Positions 59,357 to 64,000 of a stretch of 64,000 bases of DNA are shown here, piece by piece. The notes below the pieces were generated by a model. That model was not told the DNA's origin. It worked only from the letters and a program-made list of their open reading frames with translations, and did no database searches. Source of the DNA: an uncultured Gemmatimonadaceae bacterium (lineage in GTDB: Bacteria; Gemmatimonadota; Gemmatimonadetes; Gemmatimonadales; Gemmatimonadaceae); NCBI GenBank assembly GCA_963817955.1, contig CAWFQK010000004.1:768001-832000 (forward strand), written 5' to 3'. Numbering within the stretch: the first letter of the stretch is position 1; each line of letters begins with the position of its first letter. Made by a program: the position numbers and the translations under genes.

Positions 59357-59719
59357 ATGGCGGCGCCGAACAACATCGACGTACGCGAACTGGCAGAGGA
59401 AGACCAAGCCCCCGCTGAGCAGATCCTCGCGAATGCACTTCAGCTCTATGCAGCCTTGCCCGCGCAGGCGCGAGCGGCAACGCTCGCCGCGCTCCGCTCG
59501 CCTGACCCGGCCGCCCACGGCCGGCTGATCCGGGAGGTCGTGCGCACGATCCTCAAGGTGCAGCTCCAGGAGCACCGCGAGTCCATGCTCCGCGCCGCCG
59601 GAAGCGACGACTTGCCGTCCGAGTCGCCCGTCGATCTCGCGGCGGACGAGGCGTTCGGGCAGGAGACCGTCGAGCTGATCAAGCAGTCGCGCGAGCGCCG
59701 GGCCGGGCTCCAGCGCTGA
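59357..59719 (+). CDS. Hypothetical protein (120 aa)
   Basis: GGAGG SD, upstream TGGTATACT (59263-59271), downstream hairpin; no family recognised. Confidence 0.6.
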   Translation: MAAPNNIDVRELAEEDQAPAEQILANALQLYAALPAQARAATLAALRSPDPAAHGRLIREVVRTILKVQLQEHRESMLRAAGSDDLPSESPVDLAADEAFGQETVELIKQSRERRAGLQR

Positions 59720-59745
59720 CACGCCGGAGACGCGCGTCCAGTGCG

Positions 59746-59771
59746 GCCTCGACTCTGTGTAGAGTCGAGGC
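59746..59771. terminator. Perfect 11-bp hairpin (possible terminator)
   Basis: GCCTCGACTCT-GTGT-AGAGTCGAGGC. Confidence 0.55.
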
Positions 59772-60200
59772 AGGAATGACTGGCCGCCAGTTCCGCGGTG
59801 TTGCCGACGAGCACGCGCCGGGCGGCCCTTGGCGCGAGCCGCGCGATTTGCTGGTGGAACAGAGCCTGAGTAAGTGGTTGACTACCGGAGGCGCGGAAAG
59901 GACAAGGCCGGCATGTGCGGCCAGCCTCCGGCCTTGGAAATGATTACTGCAGTTGTCGAAATGGCTTGCCGCATCATCGGAACGGCCGGACAGGTCACCG
60001 GAACGGCGAACCAGTCAGCGGAACGGCGCGACGGGGGCGTTGGCGCCCGGTCACGCGGCGCGCGTACGCATGCGCGCTCGGGCGCGTAACCGGCTATCTG
60101 GCTCGCGGGGGAGGATCGCCGGTTAATGGCGATTGGGCAGGGGTTGGGAATTGGCGGTACTGGCGGCGAGAACGATTGCGACGGGTCCGCGGCCGGCCGC

Positions 60201-60379
60201 GGATTGGGTTCCGGGTCGATGACCGGCTGGATGTCGCTGGCTGCTCCGTAGCGGTCGGCCCACCGGTCGGCGAGTTTCGAGTTTCCAGTTGTGAGTTGTG
60301 CGTTGTGAGTTTCTCGTGTCCCGTGTCTCGTGTCTCGTGTCTCGTGTCCCGTGTCCCGTGTCTCGTGTCTCGTGTCTCG
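60201..60379. repeat. Dispersed structured element, copy B, with longer (CGTGTCY)n tail
   Basis: Matches 46429-46555; about 9 CGTGTCT/CGTGTCC units. Confidence 0.9.
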
Positions 60380-60386
60380 ATTGCCA

Positions 60387-61607
60387 CTACGGATCGATAT
60401 CCGCCGTCCGGCTTCGATACGGTTTGAAATCGACCCCGGCATCGATCCCAATGAATTCAACCCGCATGTGATCGCCGTCCACGTGCACCACCAGGTAGTG
60501 GTACGGGTTCTCCCATGGCTCCATCGCGGGGCGCACCAGGTGTTCGATGGCAACTGATTCTGCGGCGCCGCTCCGGATGTAGGCCCGGAGATCCGGCTCG
60601 CCGCGATAGCCGTAGGGGGGCGCGCCGCCGCCACCGCTCACGATCTGGTCCAGCCGGTACGCCTGTCCCTTCGCATCCTTGTACCGCTCGACCCAGTGAT
60701 CGAAGAAATGCTCGTGTCCGGCGAGCACCAGATTGACGTGAAACCGGCGGAACAGCGGCATGTAGCGCGCGCGCATGATGGCTGCCTGCGGCTCGACGAC
60801 TGCGGCACCGTGGTCACCAGAGGAGAACGCTGGATGGTGCGCCACGACGACGACATGGCGGTACCGCGACCGGTCGAGGCCCGCGAGTTGCCCGCTCACC
60901 CACTCGTACTGCGTCGAGTCGCCGGGAACGTTGGTGTCCATCACCAGCACGAACGTATTGCCGTAACCCACCGCATAGGTGGGATATCCCGTGAGCCGTC
61001 GCGGCGAGCCCTCGGGCGGTATCAGGTTCTGATACGCCGCGAAATAATGCCCAATCCCTTGACGGCGGCCCGGCGAGGTGAGGTCGTTGGTGTGTGCCAC
61101 ATCGTGGTTGCCCGCCGCCGCGAAGACCGGAATGTTTCCCTGCGTCGTCAGCCGCTCAACGACGTCGACAAAACTCACATTCCATTGCTGTGCGCTCCGG
61201 CCATCGACGACCGCGTCGCCACTCGAGAGGACAAAGCGGATCGGATCGGGCCCGTTCGCACGCGCCGCGATGGTCTTCAGCATCGAGTTGACCACCATCA
61301 GATGCTCGTGCTGCAGCATGGTGCCGTCGAATCGGCCCCGCGTGTCCCCGTAGGCAATGAATGAGAAGCGCGTCGTTCCCGCGCTGGATGCCTCCGACGG
61401 AAATGGCGTCTTTGGCGCCGCGATCGCTCGGACGCTGTCGACCACTGTCGCATGGGCGGCCAACGGCGCGCGGCGGCTGAGCTGGACGCGCGGCCCCTGA
61501 GCCCCCGCGGCAATTGCGCCACCAACGATCATGAACAGCGAGAGCCTGGCAGCTATGGCTCGTTGCGCGGGCGACAAACCGGTGATGAGCACGGTATGGA
61601 GGGGCAA
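60387..61607 (-). CDS. Probably exported metallophosphoesterase (purple acid phosphatase-like); start uncertain
   Basis: YGD, SGD, GNHD, HHP, GHEH, SGGGGAP. Confidence 0.85.
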   Translation of the reverse strand: MPLHTVLITGLSPAQRAIAARLSLFMIVGGAIAAGAQGPRVQLSRRAPLAAHATVVDSVRAIAAPKTPFPSEASSAGTTRFSFIAYGDTRGRFDGTMLQHEHLMVVNSMLKTIAARANGPDPIRFVLSSGDAVVDGRSAQQWNVSFVDVVERLTTQGNIPVFAAAGNHDVAHTNDLTSPGRRQGIGHYFAAYQNLIPPEGSPRRLTGYPTYAVGYGNTFVLVMDTNVPGDSTQYEWVSGQLAGLDRSRYRHVVVVAHHPAFSSGDHGAAVVEPQAAIMRARYMPLFRRFHVNLVLAGHEHFFDHWVERYKDAKGQAYRLDQIVSGGGGAPPYGYRGEPDLRAYIRSGAAESVAIEHLVRPAMEPWENPYHYLVVHVDGDHMRVEFIGIDAGVDFKPYRSRTADIDP

Positions 61608-61845
61608 AGGATAGGCGGGGTCAAACGTGGCAGACCCTCATAAAGTAGCCCCACGTCGGCAATGGTTGCCACTTCTGGACGGTGCGTTCCGCGATGAACA
61701 ACCCGGTGGCGCCGAGGTGGCGCTTTCCGCGCATCACATCGATCTTCAACGCCGCAACATCTTCACGTCGCACCTGTCCCCGTGCGACTCCCGAATGGCC
61801 GCATACTGAGGTACGAATGTCGGTAGAACGCGAGATCGAGCCCAC

Positions 61846-63075
61846 ATGACCCGCCGCGTATTGCTCCTCGGACTCGGCGCGCAGGGCAGAGCTGCCCTGC
61901 ACGACCTGGTGACCGCTGACCAGACGACGCACGTCGTCGTGGCCGACGGCGATCCCGGCGTCACGGCGTACGTCGAACGCTATTCACAGGCGCGCGTGCG
62001 CGCCGAGCAGCTCGACGCGGGCGACGAAGCGCGTGTCGCAATGCTCATGCGCGAAGCTGACGTCGTCGTGGAGGCACTCCCCGGGCCGTTCGCGCTCCGG
62101 ATGGGGCGGCTCGCGGCGCAGTGCGGCGTGGGTCTCGTGAGCAGCATGTACTATCGCGATCCGCAGGAGCAGGACGCACGGGTGATCGACGCCACCGAAC
62201 GCGAGATCGCCGACACCGATCGCATGGCCAGGGACAAGGGGGTCGTCATACTCACCGAGTTCGGACTCGACCCCGGACTCGACCTCATCCTTGGTGCCAC
62301 GGCGCTACGCGAGCTGGACGACGTGCACGAATTCCACGCCTACGGCGCCGGCATTCCCGCGCCGAACGCGCGGAACAATCCGCTCATGTACAAATTCTCA
62401 TGGTCGCCGGCAGGCGTGATGCGGTCCTATCGGCGGCCGGCGCGGATCATTGCCGGGGGCAACGCGGTGGAGATCGACCCGACGACGTTGTTCGAGCCCG
62501 ATCGCTACCACATGCTCCACGTGGAGGCCATCGGGGCGCCGCTCGAGTGCTACCCCAACGGCGACGCCGTGCACTACGCCGAGTTGTTCGGCCTGCGCGG
62601 CTCCGTGTGCGAGATGGCGCGCTACACCGGGCGGCTTCCGGGCCATTGCGCGTTCTGGAACGTGATGGTGAAGAGCGGGTTCCTCGACCGAGCCCCGGTT
62701 GCCGTGGGTGACGTCCAGGTCTCACCAGCGGCGTTCACGACGTCGCTGCTCACGTCGCAGCCACAGTTCCAGTACGCCGATGGCGAACAGGACATGACGT
62801 TCATTCGCGTCGACGTGCGCGGCACGCGCTCGGGCAGAGGCGTGCGAATCGTCTACGATCTGGTGGACGTCCGGGACCTCGCCACCGGATTCACCTCGAT
62901 GCAGCGGACCGTGGGATTCACGCTCGCGCTCGGCGCCCGGCTCCTGCTCGACGGAGCGTTGCGCGCACCTGGGCTACACACACCGCTCGACGTCGCGTAC
63001 GAGGATGTCTTCCCGGCACTAGAGCGGCACGGGATTCACGTCGTGCGGCAGGAGTCCGAGTGGAGCGCTCGCTGA
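61846..63075 (+). CDS. Saccharopine dehydrogenase/lysine 6-dehydrogenase family oxidoreductase
   Basis: LLGLGAQG, EFGLDPGLD, NPLMYKFSWSP, TSMQRTVG. Confidence 0.85.
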   Translation: MTRRVLLLGLGAQGRAALHDLVTADQTTHVVVADGDPGVTAYVERYSQARVRAEQLDAGDEARVAMLMREADVVVEALPGPFALRMGRLAAQCGVGLVSSMYYRDPQEQDARVIDATEREIADTDRMARDKGVVILTEFGLDPGLDLILGATALRELDDVHEFHAYGAGIPAPNARNNPLMYKFSWSPAGVMRSYRRPARIIAGGNAVEIDPTTLFEPDRYHMLHVEAIGAPLECYPNGDAVHYAELFGLRGSVCEMARYTGRLPGHCAFWNVMVKSGFLDRAPVAVGDVQVSPAAFTTSLLTSQPQFQYADGEQDMTFIRVDVRGTRSGRGVRIVYDLVDVRDLATGFTSMQRTVGFTLALGARLLLDGALRAPGLHTPLDVAYEDVFPALERHGIHVVRQESEWSAR

Positions 63076-63100
63076 TGGGACGCTGAAGGGGCGCTGGTGA

Positions 63101-64000
63101 CTACCAGGCCCCCGCCGACGCCTTCAGGATGACGCTCGCGCCCGGAGCCGATGCAAATTCTTTGAAACGGCTCAGATAATCCTTGTACGACGTGTTGAGC
63201 GCGTTCCGCACATCCAGATCGAGCCGCAGCGGCCGGCCATGCACCGACCGCTGGGCAGACAGGTCGAAGTTGAGCAGCGTATACCCGTTCGTCGGAAAGT
63301 CATTCGGGCTGAGCCGCGTCTGCGTCTGATTGATCTCGACATCGCTGCCCAACGAGATGTTCTGCCATGCGCCGAACTGTCCCATGCCCACTGCGGCACC
63401 GAGAATCGTACGTGGCGGCGGGATGAGCGGCAGCGGCGTCCCCGCGCGGCGATCGTCGCCATTCACAAAGTCGTGGCTGCCACGAAGCGTGAGACGATCC
63501 GTCACTCGCACCTGAATCGACGCCTCGGCGCCGGTGAGCCGCGCGTCCGTTTGCAGATGGCGGAACACGCGCAAGCCACTCTGCATATCGGCCGTTGGCG
63601 TGGTGAAGATGAAGTTGTCCACCGTGTTCTGGTACACGTCAACGTCCGCGTGCACGCGATCACTTTCCCAGCGGATCCCGCCATCGAGGTTCTTCGACCG
63701 CTCCGTCGTCAGCGTGGGATCACCGATCTCGAAGCGCGCCTCGGCGAGATTCGGCCCATTGGCATAGAGATCGAACAGTGTAGGCGCGCGCCAGCCGGTT
63801 CCATAGTTCGCGACCACCGCAAGCCCGGCGATTGGGTGGTACACCACCCCGCCGTCCGCGCTCGTCGCAGACCACGAGCGACTGTCGGCGGGGCGGCTGA
63901 TCTCCGCTTGAGCATCTGACGACAGGTGACGCGTATCGCCGCGCACACCGCCGACGAACGTGACCGGTCCAGCCGCGAGTTGCTCGAACGCGAACGCCGC
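63101..64000 (-). CDS. TonB-dependent receptor, C-terminal part (5' end outside the window)
   Basis: GWRAPTLFDLYANG, GDPTLTTERS, PLPLIPP, VRNALNTSY, terminal Trp; frame open to the window edge. Confidence 0.9.
   Translation of the reverse strand, partial: AAFAFEQLAAGPVTFVGGVRGDTRHLSSDAQAEISRPADSRSWSATSADGGVVYHPIAGLAVVANYGTGWRAPTLFDLYANGPNLAEARFEIGDPTLTTERSKNLDGGIRWESDRVHADVDVYQNTVDNFIFTTPTADMQSGLRVFRHLQTDARLTGAEASIQVRVTDRLTLRGSHDFVNGDDRRAGTPLPLIPPPRTILGAAVGMGQFGAWQNISLGSDVEINQTQTRLSPNDFPTNGYTLLNFDLSAQRSVHGRPLRLDLDVRNALNTSYKDYLSRFKEFASAPGASVILKASAGAW

Noticed and set aside
59906..60140. HDV-like ribozyme (GGCCGGCATG... and ...TAATGGCGATTGGG resemblance)
   Set aside because: The P3 and P1 3' pairing strands cannot be formed; chance similarity in GC-rich DNA
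61627..61809. 60-aa ORF between the phosphoesterase and the dehydrogenase
   Set aside because: No clear SD or motif; more likely a divergent promoter region

Overview
A GC-rich bacterial chromosome segment. The protein families and gene order suggest Gemmatimonadota, but that is my inference and no search was run. Left arm (1-17 kb): mostly housekeeping genes, namely thrS, a BON protein, a Wzi-like protein with a GT-C glycosyltransferase, valS, an Ig-like lipoprotein, selA, a gmhB-like phosphatase, purN, purH and a DUF2723 gene. Several carry single-base frameshifts that look like long-read consensus errors. Middle (18-43 kb): a metal and metalloid homeostasis region with feoAB, a heme cluster (radical SAM, hemA, hemY, hemE, hemH), crcB with DUF190, arsR-arsM-acr3-metallophosphoesterase, cupredoxin-copA-csoR, and cusCBA preceded by a Cys/His/Met-rich PPPRA-terminated leader ORF. 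ArsR-type and CsoR-type operators are readable in the DNA. Right arm: PAP2, panBC with a DUF2520 gene, a Rieske gene with a fused cytochrome b/c gene, glgP, a DUF4129-DUF4350-MoxR-DUF58 operon facing an RDD-SpoIIM fusion, patatin, a phosphoesterase, a saccharopine dehydrogenase-like gene and the 3' end of a TonB-dependent receptor. The most notable non-coding structures are a 127-bp element present twice with heptamer tails, a 39-bp inverted-repeat element around a GxxExxY-like remnant inside the ars operon, and a 23-bp duplicated gene junction that creates a mini-ORF. I found no rRNA, tRNA, CRISPR array or transposase.
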